A DNA stretch of 58,334 nucleotides from a bacterium (GTDB lineage: Bacteria; Zhuqueibacterota; Zhuqueibacteria; Oceanimicrobiales; Oceanimicrobiaceae): NCBI GenBank assembly GCA_037446635.1, contig JBBIIG010000025.1:1-58334 (forward strand). Direction: 5' to 3'. The notes beneath the pieces are model-generated. The model did not search any database, was not told where the DNA came from, and worked only from the letters and a program-made list of their open reading frames with translations. This document shows, one piece after another, positions 47,243 through 56,575 of the stretch. The translations under genes were made by a program, and so were the position numbers. Every line of letters starts with the position of its first letter. Position 1 is the stretch's first letter.

Positions 47243-48171
47243 TGATGAAAATGAGATTGCATACGGTGGTTTTTTTATTTGCGCTTTTTTCGAGTTTGCC
47301 GATGGCCTGCGACGCTGGGCAAGGCGAGGCGCCGGATTTGTCGAGCGTGATTCAACACGTCGATCCCCATCTCATCACCGCGGCGCTGATGGATTCCGCC
47401 CTGCCGCGCTTAAGCGAAGAGGATTTTATCGTCCAGCTTCGCGGCGGCGAAACGGAGATGTTGAGGGGCGGAACGGAGAACGACAGTTTAAAAAACAGTC
47501 TGATCATCGGCGCCCATTTGACTGCGGCGCGTTGGGAATGGGCGCTTTTTCTGCAGCGCCAGCGCACGCCCAATCCATCATCAAAAAATTCCGCGGCGGA
47601 ATTCAGCCTGCCTGCGCAGGCAGGCAAACTTTTGAACCGCCTGCGATTCGCGATGGAGGACAATCTCATCAAAGTCAACCATCGGCTCAAACGGCTTTCT
47701 GCGCCGCAGAAGTTATTGCAGCAGATCGATCAATTGAAAGCGCATTTTGCCGCCAGCGCAGAAAAATTTCCGACCGTGGACTTTGCCGCTATCGACCAAT
47801 CGTTAGATCAGATTGCCAAAGAAATTCGCCTGCTCATGATGCAAAACAAATCATTGGAAACCAGCTTCGCGTTCGGCGAATGGCTGGTGTGGGAAGCGGA
47901 GCTTTCCAATCTTTGTTTGCGTGCGGATAAAACGAAGGCTCAGTATTTCACGCAAGTGATGAATCAGTTCTACAAACGCATCGATCTCAATTCGCTTTCC
48001 AAGTTAAGCCCGCACCTTTTGGGAGTTGAGGGAGCGCGTCCCTTTTTGAGTTCGTTAACGAATTTGAAGTCCACCTTTCTGGTTAAAACCAACCGCGATG
48101 TGCAGCGAGTCCGCGCCGAAGTCACGGCCATTTTAGATTTGCTGGAGCTGACTTTCCCCAGCCTTTCTTGA
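47242..48171 (+). CDS. Hypothetical helical protein, probable lipoprotein
   Basis: Hydrophobic N-terminus ending LPMAC. Translationally coupled on both sides. Confidence 0.6.
   Translation: MMKMRLHTVVFLFALFSSLPMACDAGQGEAPDLSSVIQHVDPHLITAALMDSALPRLSEEDFIVQLRGGETEMLRGGTENDSLKNSLIIGAHLTAARWEWALFLQRQRTPNPSSKNSAAEFSLPAQAGKLLNRLRFAMEDNLIKVNHRLKRLSAPQKLLQQIDQLKAHFAASAEKFPTVDFAAIDQSLDQIAKEIRLLMMQNKSLETSFAFGEWLVWEAELSNLCLRADKTKAQYFTQVMNQFYKRIDLNSLSKLSPHLLGVEGARPFLSSLTNLKSTFLVKTNRDVQRVRAEVTAILDLLELTFPSLS
47606..47625. repeat. 20-bp perfect palindrome GCCTGCCTGCGCAGGCAGGC inside a CDS
   Basis: Identical copy at 57217-57236. Confidence 0.8.
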
Positions 48172-48185
48172 ACCGTGGAGGAAGG

Positions 48186-49880
48186 ATGCGTTTCATTTCC
48201 CACATTCAAAAGGTTTCTGCCAGGTTTTGGGGGTTCATAAAAAAACTTTTTTGGGCGCTGTACCGGCGGAGGTTTCACGTCTGGTCGGCGTTTTATTACA
48301 TCGGGGTGTGGAATTTACTCGAGCCGATGAATGAGCTTTTCGGTTTCTCCCCCCCAACCATCGAAATCATCAAACATATCGGCGTCGCTGCCATCCCGCT
48401 GTTTATCATTCTCGTCTGGTTTCACGGCGAAGCTGGTCCGCAAAAGTTCGTAAAATCTGAAGCCGCCGCGTTAAGCGTCGGCGCCGTGATCGCAGTTTTT
48501 ATTTTTTACACCTTGACGAAAACGCCGCCGCCAGCGTACGCCATCGTTGCCCCGATTTCGGGGGAATCGCGCGTCTGGTTTGAGGAGACTCTGCTGAAAG
48601 AGTTTGAGCGGGAAAATCATGTCCGAATTTTCGTGCACACTTTTGAAAGCGAATACGAAAGCAATCTGCGGCAACTTCTTTCAGCGCCCGACACTCTGCA
48701 CACCCTGCTGGTGAAAATTCCCTTACATTATACCGGCGTCTTTTGGCAAAGCGACAACCAGCTTCTGGCGCCGTTGGCGGAGCGGCCGACCAGCGACGGC
48801 TGGAGCGAGCTTGACGAGCATGCCCTGCAGTTTGGAATTCACCACGCCGGCGACGGCAAGCTCTACTACCTGCCAGCGGAATACGAATGCAACGTTCTGG
48901 TTTATTTGAAGCCGCGCGTCGAAGAAGCGGTCGCGGGCTGGCGGCGTTATCAACCGGCCATCGATTCGACGTTGTTTGATTTTTGCGGGCGGCGCCTCCC
49001 AAAGGACTATGTTTTAGAATCCGATCCCAATCAGTGGGACATGCTCGACTTGCTGGCGGCGAGCTGGTTTTGGGCTAACCATTCGCAAGCGGAGCCGGCG
49101 CTTCCGCGCTTCGCATTCGCCGGCGCCAGGGGTTACGAGATGTTTTCGGTTTTATTGGATCGCGCCCTTTGCCAGGGCGCCTCCTTGGAGCAGGCGCTGG
49201 CGGCTCCACTCAATTTGGACGTGCACCCGCTCGATCCCATTGCGGAGCTATTTTACTGGGACGCCCTGTTTGCGCGCGCCGGCCTTTTTTACAAAGGAAT
49301 ATGGTTGGGAGAGGGAATGCGGGTTGCGGAAATCGTCGCTGCCATGCAAGCCGGCGCCGTGTATTTGGCGATTCTGCCCAGCCGCTGCTTGGGCGAGCTG
49401 TTAGCGGCGGTTGCGGATTTAGGCGCGGCAACGCTGCCGGCCGGCGTCTCCTTCACGGGCGCGCCGGTTAGTAAAGGCGGGTTTTCCAACATCTGGTTTT
49501 GGGCCATCCCTAAAACTTCCCCTTCCTATGATTTGTCCCGGCGGTTGGCAAAATGGCTCATCAGCAAACAAAGCCAATTACGAATGCGCGAAAAACTGTT
49601 CAGCATTCCAACCCATCGGCAATTGCTGAACGAGATGGCCGTTTCCGATGACAAAATTTGGGCTGCGGTTTTGGAGCAGATTCAGTTGAACCAAAAGAAC
49701 GCCATCGTGCCGGTGAACCCTTACAAGGATTCACGAGAGATCGACTATCAGATTTTGATAAAGTTTTTCCATCAAAAATGGGGGGACGTCGTGAAGTCGA
49801 GAGGTTTTCTGGCCAGCCAACGTCGCCTCGACCTCGATCGCATCAAAGGTATGTTGATGCTGCCCATCGTGTCGCCATGA
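48186..49880 (+). CDS. Membrane-anchored extracellular solute-binding-like protein with N-terminal 3-TM module
   Basis: RRRFHV...ILVWFHGEAGPQK TM module. SBP family 1-like motifs LLKEFERENHVRI, DGKLYYLP...VLVY, WAIPKTS...LAKWLIS. Confidence 0.65.
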   Translation: MRFISHIQKVSARFWGFIKKLFWALYRRRFHVWSAFYYIGVWNLLEPMNELFGFSPPTIEIIKHIGVAAIPLFIILVWFHGEAGPQKFVKSEAAALSVGAVIAVFIFYTLTKTPPPAYAIVAPISGESRVWFEETLLKEFERENHVRIFVHTFESEYESNLRQLLSAPDTLHTLLVKIPLHYTGVFWQSDNQLLAPLAERPTSDGWSELDEHALQFGIHHAGDGKLYYLPAEYECNVLVYLKPRVEEAVAGWRRYQPAIDSTLFDFCGRRLPKDYVLESDPNQWDMLDLLAASWFWANHSQAEPALPRFAFAGARGYEMFSVLLDRALCQGASLEQALAAPLNLDVHPLDPIAELFYWDALFARAGLFYKGIWLGEGMRVAEIVAAMQAGAVYLAILPSRCLGELLAAVADLGAATLPAGVSFTGAPVSKGGFSNIWFWAIPKTSPSYDLSRRLAKWLISKQSQLRMREKLFSIPTHRQLLNEMAVSDDKIWAAVLEQIQLNQKNAIVPVNPYKDSREIDYQILIKFFHQKWGDVVKSRGFLASQRRLDLDRIKGMLMLPIVSP

Positions 49881-50818
49881 GGATAACGAATATGAGACGA
49901 AAGACGCTGATGATTTTTATCGCCATCGCGCTGCTTTTCCCGGCAGCGATCGGATGGAGTTCAAGCCGCAACGATCGCGAAGCGCTCGTTGCCAGGGTCA
50001 AGTCGGCGTTGATTGAGCAGATTAATCGCGAGCGGCGGCGGCACGGGCTGCAGCCGGTGCAGTACGATGCGTTGGCCTCCGCAGTCGGCGACGCCCACTG
50101 CCGCGAGGCGCTGCAAAATGGTTTTAGCGGACATTTTGGGCTGGACGGCTCCAAACCCTACCAGCGCTATGCGCGGACGAGCGGCTACGATGGCATAGCG
50201 CAGAACTTTTCGCTCTCGGAGTGGTCGGGTTACGTTGTTGACGACGAGTTTATTTTGAAAAAGGCGCTCGAACTTCATCGTCAGATGTATGAGGAAAGGC
50301 CGCCATTTGACGGCCACCGTCAAAACATCCTGCGGCCGGAGCACAATTACTGCGGCATCGGCCTGGCGTTCGACGAACACGGCTTGCGCATGACCGAGGA
50401 GTTTATTGACCGCTACGTCGTTTTGGAGACGCTGCCCAACCAAACGTTAACTTTGAGAGATGCCCTAGCCGACACCATGTGGATCGCCGGCAAAACCCGC
50501 GGCGGCGAGCGCGTGGTTTCGGCAACTATTTTTTATGAGCCGCACCCTCAGCCCATGAGCAGCGAAGAGATCAATCAAACCGTTTCCTACGGCCTGCCTG
50601 ACGAGCGCCTCGATTTATTTGAAAAACTTCCCGGCGGATATCATTACAACACCGGTGGCGTCGGCGACATCCTTTTGGATCGCAGCAAGAGTCGATTCAA
50701 GTTTCCGCTGCGGTTCTGGAAACGCCGGGCGGGGATTTATACCGTGGTGGTCTGGGTGCACAGCGCGGCGCTTGATGAAACGTTTCCAGCAACCAATATT
50801 TGTTTTTTTGTGGACTGA
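49877..50818 (+). CDS. Exported CAP (SCP-like) domain protein
   Basis: INRERRRHGLQPV...AHC...FSGHFGLDGSKPYQR...GHRQNIL...GIG. Start at 49877 or 49892. Confidence 0.85.
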   Translation: MRITNMRRKTLMIFIAIALLFPAAIGWSSSRNDREALVARVKSALIEQINRERRRHGLQPVQYDALASAVGDAHCREALQNGFSGHFGLDGSKPYQRYARTSGYDGIAQNFSLSEWSGYVVDDEFILKKALELHRQMYEERPPFDGHRQNILRPEHNYCGIGLAFDEHGLRMTEEFIDRYVVLETLPNQTLTLRDALADTMWIAGKTRGGERVVSATIFYEPHPQPMSSEEINQTVSYGLPDERLDLFEKLPGGYHYNTGGVGDILLDRSKSRFKFPLRFWKRRAGIYTVVVWVHSAALDETFPATNICFFVD

Positions 50819-50934
50819 ATATGGATGACGATGGATCAGAGCCCACACAGGTGATGAATTTTTAAAAAGCCATTCTAAAAATGTTTCAGAAGTATTTGAA
50901 AAAATTAGCCTTCATTCAAGGCGAGGAGGTTACC

Positions 50935-52707
50935 ATGTTTTCTAATATTTTGTTGTGGAAAAATCCTTTAAGGAAAGGGGCTGTGGTTCTGTTTTTGTTT
51001 TTCGCGTCATTTATTGACAAAACCTACATGTATGGTCAAGTGAATAAGTTTGGCATGTCGAACGTGTCGAATACGGTTAGCAGCTTAGGCGCTCAGATCA
51101 ATTCGTCTTTAGGAGATTACCGTCCCCGAATTTCAACCGACGCCAAAACTTTGTATTTCTGCCGCAAGGTTCGAGATCAAAAGGCCGAAGCCGAGTTTTT
51201 GAAGTTGATTGGTATTTCCTACCAATCGTTTCTGCTGCTGTCCGATGATTCTCGAACCGCACAAGTAAAGAGAGCGGCTGCTAAGATGAGTTTGTCAGAA
51301 CGATTGCAGCTCATCTCTCTCGCAGACCGCATCGATGGACATGAAGAAATTTATGTTGCATCATGGCTGAGCGAAAGCGATAGTTGGGGAGAAGCAGTCA
51401 GCATCGCCAGCCTAAATAGCGAAGGCAACCATGAAGCGCCGGAATCCATTTCTGCTGACAATAATCAATTCTTTGTATTCAAGAATGGCGACTTCTATTT
51501 GACGCGACGAATTGGGTTAGTGTGGGGGCCTTTGGAAAAATTGGAAGAGCCCATCAACTCATCTTATTGGGACGCCGATCTCTGCTTTTCTACCGACGGC
51601 CGAACCATGTTCTTTGCATCCATGCGCCCGGGATTTACCAAAGATTGGGCAAACACTGAAGCAAACAAAGACATTTGGGTGACGGTCAAGCAGGATGCTG
51701 GATGGACGGCGCCGGTTAATTTAGGTCGAACGATCAATACTCCCAAAACCGACCGTACGCCCTTCCTCCATGCTGACGGCAAGACCCTTTATTTTGCTTC
51801 AGATGGACATCAGGGAATAGGGGGCCTCGATATTTTCAAAACCGAACGGATGAGCGACACCTCCTGGACGGAGTGGTCGCAACCTGTGAACCTGGCCAAA
51901 CTCAATACCGCCGCGGATGAATGGGATTTGAGTATGCCCGCCAACAGTCAATGGGCCTATTTCACTTCGGATAGAGCAGGAGGCTACGGCGGCTATGATA
52001 TCTATAAAACCTCCGTCGATTCATCTATCGCACCTCGTCTCTCCGTGACCTTAATTTCTGGAGTGGTGACCGACCCCAGTGGTAAGCCCTTGGATGTAGA
52101 GATTCGCTGGGAAAATCTGGACACCGGCGAGCTAATGGGTATGGCCATCAGCAATCCGGTGAGCGGTGAATATACGATTGCCCTTCCCGCCGGACATCAC
52201 TACGGCTATTATGCCACCAAAAAAGATTATTGGGACAAATCAGACAACATCGATCTCACCAATTTACAACATTATCAGGAATTCAGAGTCGATATCCAGT
52301 TGGTTCCGATTATTAAGTTCGCTGCGGAGCATACCACTCAGGAAATGACCGACGCGGCTAAGCCGGTCGAATTTACAAATATCTTTTTCAACTTCAATAG
52401 TGACACCCTGGACAAAAAATCCTATCTGGAATTGGATCGCCGGGCCCAGGAATTTAAAGAGAACCAAGATGTGAAAATTGAAATTCATGGACACACCGAT
52501 AGCGTTGGCACAAAGATCTATAATTTAGTTCTATCTCAAAAACGAGCCAATCGAGTGCGGGAGTATTTGATCTCAAAAGGAATCCATCCCAACCGACTTG
52601 ATGCCAAGGGCCTCGGCGAAGAGTATCCGGCTGGTCCGGACGCAACCGATGAAAAGAATCGGCGAGTGGAGTTTATTCAGATTCAGAGTTTTACGGGAAA
52701 GAGATGA
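50935..52707 (+). CDS. PD40 beta-propeller + carboxypeptidase-regulatory-like + OmpA domain protein (PorE-like architecture)
   Basis: PRISTDAKTLYF, TPFLHADGKTLYFASDGHQGIGGLDIF, GHTDSVGTKIYNLVLSQKRA. ATG 50935 follows AGGAGG. Confidence 0.85.
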   Translation: MFSNILLWKNPLRKGAVVLFLFFASFIDKTYMYGQVNKFGMSNVSNTVSSLGAQINSSLGDYRPRISTDAKTLYFCRKVRDQKAEAEFLKLIGISYQSFLLLSDDSRTAQVKRAAAKMSLSERLQLISLADRIDGHEEIYVASWLSESDSWGEAVSIASLNSEGNHEAPESISADNNQFFVFKNGDFYLTRRIGLVWGPLEKLEEPINSSYWDADLCFSTDGRTMFFASMRPGFTKDWANTEANKDIWVTVKQDAGWTAPVNLGRTINTPKTDRTPFLHADGKTLYFASDGHQGIGGLDIFKTERMSDTSWTEWSQPVNLAKLNTAADEWDLSMPANSQWAYFTSDRAGGYGGYDIYKTSVDSSIAPRLSVTLISGVVTDPSGKPLDVEIRWENLDTGELMGMAISNPVSGEYTIALPAGHHYGYYATKKDYWDKSDNIDLTNLQHYQEFRVDIQLVPIIKFAAEHTTQEMTDAAKPVEFTNIFFNFNSDTLDKKSYLELDRRAQEFKENQDVKIEIHGHTDSVGTKIYNLVLSQKRANRVREYLISKGIHPNRLDAKGLGEEYPAGPDATDEKNRRVEFIQIQSFTGKR

Positions 52708-52788
52708 ACTGCTTCGTTCGTCGCGCCCGGTTTTTAATTTAAATTATTCTACAAATATTAGGAGACATCATTTTGTGGGAGGAATGTT

Positions 52789-53145
52789 ATGAATCTTCGC
52801 AACGTTTCGGTGCAATTAGCGGCGTTGGCGCTTATCATAATTTTAATTGGCTGCGCCGCCACTCAAAAGTCGGGGCCGTTTCAAGCCCAGTATGATCCCA
52901 AGCTGATTGAGCCAGAAGTCGTGGTTAAAAATAACACCACTATGGAAATTGAGTTGCAGTTGACTGGCCCAGAGGCTCGCACAATGCACATTCCGGCTAA
53001 CGCCACGGAAAAGATGACGGTCAAGCCAGGCGATTATTTTTTCACCGCCTCGGCTTTTGGGGTGCAGCCCATCAGCGGCAATAGTACCTTTGCCAAGAAC
53101 TACCGCTACACCTGGGCCTTTCACATCGTAGCCGTTCGCTATTAA
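52789..53145 (+). CDS. Small lipoprotein homologous to the C-terminal domain of 39069-40508
   Basis: Lipobox LIGC. FQAQYD..LIEPEVVVKN...LTGP...KNYRYTW. Confidence 0.8.
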   Translation: MNLRNVSVQLAALALIIILIGCAATQKSGPFQAQYDPKLIEPEVVVKNNTTMEIELQLTGPEARTMHIPANATEKMTVKPGDYFFTASAFGVQPISGNSTFAKNYRYTWAFHIVAVRY

Positions 53146-53157
53146 ATTTGGGAGAGA

Positions 53158-56004
53158 TCACTTCTCAAGATAAAACGCCTCCTCCGCTGGCCGCAGCGGT
53201 CGATTGAGCCACGTCGGCCGGCGCAGGCCATTCGGCCCCGGCGCTGGCCGCGTCATCGCCAGCCATTCTTTGTAAATTTCGAACGACTTGCTGGTGTCCA
53301 CGAACACGTCGCCGTAGCGATCATCGGCATGCGCTTTTTCGATGCGCACTTTCTGATGCCAGCAGTGCATGCCGCTGAGCGGATCGGGGTGGACCGGAAA
53401 CGTGATGTTCTGATGCACGCCGCCGTCGCTCCAGAAAATGCGCGCCGAGTCCGCGTCCGGACTTTTGTACGGACGGATACCATCGATCTGCCGCATCTTC
53501 CATTTTCCCCTTTCTGAATTTTCGATGGATACCAGATTCGTCGCCCAACGATTGCCGGCCGGATCTTGCGGTCGTCGCCAGCGACCGAGATGATGCGAGC
53601 ACGCCACCACACCGGGTTTCATTCCCTCGGTCACCCACACGCGATCCACAAAATAGCCAATGTCCGTATTCACGCGCACGAGATCACCGGTTTTGAAACC
53701 GAAACGCGCCGCATCGCGGGTGTGCATCCACAGCGGATTGCGGTTGGAAATCTCCGCGAGCCACTTGGCGTTGCCGGAGCGCGAGTGGATGAGCGTTGGT
53801 AACCGGAAGGTTGGAATTAGCGGAAATTCTCCTTTTTCACAATCTATTTTCTCTTGATGAACGTGACTTTTGATGTACGTTGGGATTTTATATTCCGGCC
53901 ACTTCCATTCCACCAGCGTTGGCGAATAAAACTCCTGTTTGCGCGAGGGCGTCGGAAAGCCGACGCGCGGAACGCCGTCGATCATCACGCCAATCGTCTT
54001 GCCATTTTTCAAAATGGAGTTGGTCTTCGCATCGATGCTCGCGCCCTGCATTTCCTGTTTTGAAATTTCTTGCAAATGTTTGTGGTACGAAGTCTTCTCA
54101 ACTTCAAATGCCCCATACTTGCGCATGTAGTCCAACGGGGTCAGTCCTTCTTTGGCGGCGGCTTCGGGCAGGCCGGGTGTGTGCTCGAAAATGTAGCGGT
54201 AATACTCATCGATGGTGATTTTCTCGCCGGGCCGATACGGCGAAATGAAATGCTGTTTGATGCCGAGACTGCCGTCGGGATCAATCCGCCACGACAACTC
54301 GATCCAGAATTCATCCTCTTCCCATACCTCGCCGGGATTGGCTTCGTAGGTGAAGGTCACGGCCTTGCCCATTCGTCGCGCCGCTTCCCGCAGTACCGGT
54401 TGCCGAAACGCGATCCAGATTCCGGAATGGGTTTCGTAGCTGATGATATCGTGGCGCTCGCTGGCGTGCCCCATGGGCAAAACATAATCGGCGAAGTAGG
54501 CTGTTTCGTTCCAGGTAGGAGTGAGCGCGGCGTGTAAGCCAATTTTGCTTTCATCGGTGAGCGCTTCGATCCACGTGAAGCCATCGGGGTACGTCCACAC
54601 GGGATTGAAGACACGGGTGAAATAGACCGCCAACTTGCCGCGGCCCTCTTTCAGGAAATGGGGTAGAAGAAAACTCATCTCGTAGTGCGCCAGCGGATAC
54701 TCGTTGGGGAAATGCAGCTCGTTCCAGAATTTTTGCGCCGGTGGTTTGTCGAACACATTGGGCTTGAATTTGTTCCAACCGCTAGGAGAGGTGCCGCCCA
54801 CCGTGCCAACGCTGCCGGTGAGCACGTTCAGAAAATGCAGGCAGCGCGCGACCGCCCAGCCGCCTAAATTGCCGCTGCCGGCGCTGCGCCAGTTGTGAGT
54901 CGCGAATTGGGTGCCGGCTCGTCCAATCAATTTCGCGACTTCGATGATCTGGCGCGCCGGCACGCCGCTTTCCTGTTCGGCAAATTCCGGTGTGTAGTTT
55001 TTGTATTCTTCTCTCAGCGCGCCAATGAAATTTTCAAACGTTGTTTCGAGCTGCGGCTTTTCTTTTTCGAGATACTCTTGCCAGTTCACCCAGTTTTTCA
55101 AAAACTCTTCGTTGTATAATTTTTCATCGATGATGATCTTCGCTATTGCGAGCAACACGGCGGCTTCGCTGCCGGGGTAGGTGGGCAGCCAGTAGTCAGC
55201 CATGCTGGCGGTGTTAGAGAGGCGCGGATCCATCACCGCGAGCTTCGCGCCGTTCATCATCCCTTCGATGATGCGCTGCGCGTGGGGATTGAAATAGTGC
55301 CCGGACTCGAGATGCGCGCTAATCAGCAAAATAAATTTGGCGTTGACGTGATCTGGCGACGGCCGGTCGAAGCCGTGCCAGATGGCATAGCCGAAGCGCG
55401 CGCCGGCCGAGCAAATGTTGGTGTGACTGTTGTGGCCGTCTACGCCCCACGATTGTAAAACACGATCGATGTAGCCCTCGTGTCCGGGCCGGCCGACGTG
55501 ATACACCACTTCATTGCGGCGATCTGCTTTCAGCGTTTCACGAATTCTTTCGGCGATGTCGTCCAAAACTTCGTTCCATGAAACGCGCTGCCAATTACCA
55601 TCGCCGCGTTTGCCGCTGCGTTTCATTGGATAGAGAATGCGATCGGTGTCATTGATTTGATTGATGGTAGCGGGCCCCTTGGCGCAATTGCGCCCGCGGC
55701 TGCCCGGGTGATAAGGATTGCCTTCGAACTTGCGCACCTGCATCGTCTCTTTGTCGATGTAGCTCAAGAGTCCGCAGCCGGCTTCGCAGTTGAAGCATGT
55801 GGTCGGGACGATCATGTAATTCTTCGGGATGCGCCGCGGCCAACTTTTGGCGTCGTATTCGATCCAATTGTCCCATTTTTCTGGCGGAGGATAGTTGGTG
55901 AGATCGCCGGGTTCGGTGAGTCGCGACAACTCAGCAAATTTTACCGTTCGCAAATTTGGAATGAGATGAAATTTCTCAGCGATGGTTTCGATAAAGCGGG
56001 ACAT
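53158..56004 (-). CDS. Molybdopterin (bis-MGD) oxidoreductase catalytic subunit, DMSO-reductase superfamily, no Tat signal
   Basis: TTCFNCEAGCG...RNCAKG 4Fe-4S motif, DRILYPMKR, ADYVLP, C-terminal LWMHTRDAARFGFKTGDLVRV. Confidence 0.9.
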   Translation of the reverse strand: MSRFIETIAEKFHLIPNLRTVKFAELSRLTEPGDLTNYPPPEKWDNWIEYDAKSWPRRIPKNYMIVPTTCFNCEAGCGLLSYIDKETMQVRKFEGNPYHPGSRGRNCAKGPATINQINDTDRILYPMKRSGKRGDGNWQRVSWNEVLDDIAERIRETLKADRRNEVVYHVGRPGHEGYIDRVLQSWGVDGHNSHTNICSAGARFGYAIWHGFDRPSPDHVNAKFILLISAHLESGHYFNPHAQRIIEGMMNGAKLAVMDPRLSNTASMADYWLPTYPGSEAAVLLAIAKIIIDEKLYNEEFLKNWVNWQEYLEKEKPQLETTFENFIGALREEYKNYTPEFAEQESGVPARQIIEVAKLIGRAGTQFATHNWRSAGSGNLGGWAVARCLHFLNVLTGSVGTVGGTSPSGWNKFKPNVFDKPPAQKFWNELHFPNEYPLAHYEMSFLLPHFLKEGRGKLAVYFTRVFNPVWTYPDGFTWIEALTDESKIGLHAALTPTWNETAYFADYVLPMGHASERHDIISYETHSGIWIAFRQPVLREAARRMGKAVTFTYEANPGEVWEEDEFWIELSWRIDPDGSLGIKQHFISPYRPGEKITIDEYYRYIFEHTPGLPEAAAKEGLTPLDYMRKYGAFEVEKTSYHKHLQEISKQEMQGASIDAKTNSILKNGKTIGVMIDGVPRVGFPTPSRKQEFYSPTLVEWKWPEYKIPTYIKSHVHQEKIDCEKGEFPLIPTFRLPTLIHSRSGNAKWLAEISNRNPLWMHTRDAARFGFKTGDLVRVNTDIGYFVDRVWVTEGMKPGVVACSHHLGRWRRPQDPAGNRWATNLVSIENSERGKWKMRQIDGIRPYKSPDADSARIFWSDGGVHQNITFPVHPDPLSGMHCWHQKVRIEKAHADDRYGDVFVDTSKSFEIYKEWLAMTRPAPGPNGLRRPTWLNRPLRPAEEAFYLEK

Positions 56005-56024
56005 AATGGTCTCCCCAAAAGATA

Positions 56025-56098
56025 GGACGCAGATGGCGCTGATTCACGCAGATTATAAAATTGTTTTTTATCTGCGTTATCCGCGTGAATCAGCGTCC
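56025..56098. repeat. Inverted arrays of ACGCAGAT/ATCTGCGT-type repeats downstream of the GxxExxY gene
   Basis: ggacgcagatggcgctgattcacgcagat ... atctgcgttatccgcgtgaatcagcgtcc. Confidence 0.75.
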
Positions 56099-56100
56099 CT

Positions 56101-56511
56101 TTATTGTTTTATCCACGAAAGATTTCCTTTTCTTTCATTATCAAATGCCTTGCGTTTGATTTCGGGTTTCGGCCCAAAATTGAGCAATAAACCGACCTCA
56201 TAAGTGGTGGCCTTCAAATAGTTGAGCAGTTGTGCCTCATGTTCTTCCGCCAGTTGTTTCGTTGCTTTTAATTCAACGATCACCAACTTTTCCACGAACA
56301 GATCCGCGTTATGCTCCCCGACAACCTCATCGTCATAGTGAACTTTGATCGGAGCTTGCTGCTGATAGCGGATGCCCGACTTGCGAAACTCAATCGCCAT
56401 TGCATTTTCATAGACCTTTTCCTGAAAGCCGTAACCCAACGTATTGTACACTTTGTAAAACACCTCGATGATTTTTTCAGTAAGTTCCGTGTGTTTGAAA
56501 TCTCTCTCCAT
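56101..56511 (-). CDS. GxxExxY protein (PD-(D/E)XK nuclease-like family)
   Basis: LGYGFQEKVYENAM...ADLFVEKLVIVELKA...AQLLNYLKAT...GLLLNFG. Confidence 0.92.
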   Translation of the reverse strand: MERDFKHTELTEKIIEVFYKVYNTLGYGFQEKVYENAMAIEFRKSGIRYQQQAPIKVHYDDEVVGEHNADLFVEKLVIVELKATKQLAEEHEAQLLNYLKATTYEVGLLLNFGPKPEIKRKAFDNERKGNLSWIKQ

Positions 56512-56546
56512 GATACCCTCCCGTTATTTTTATTTGATAGAAAAAT

Positions 56547-56575
56547 ATCAGCGTTCATCAGCGAAATCTGCGTCC
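56547..56575. repeat. Repeat array upstream of the GxxExxY gene; imperfect direct repeat of 56070-56098
   Basis: atcagcgttcatcagcgaaatctgcgtcc. Confidence 0.7.

Noticed and set aside
47437..47472. Ubiquitin-like LRGG terminus
   Set aside because: The motifs are internal, there is no evidence of a beta-grasp domain, and no E1/E2/JAB genes are present.
53158..56004. Formate dehydrogenase or selenoprotein assignment
   Set aside because: No in-frame TGA, and the Cys/Sec-His motif of true FDHs is not seen (HTNICSAG).
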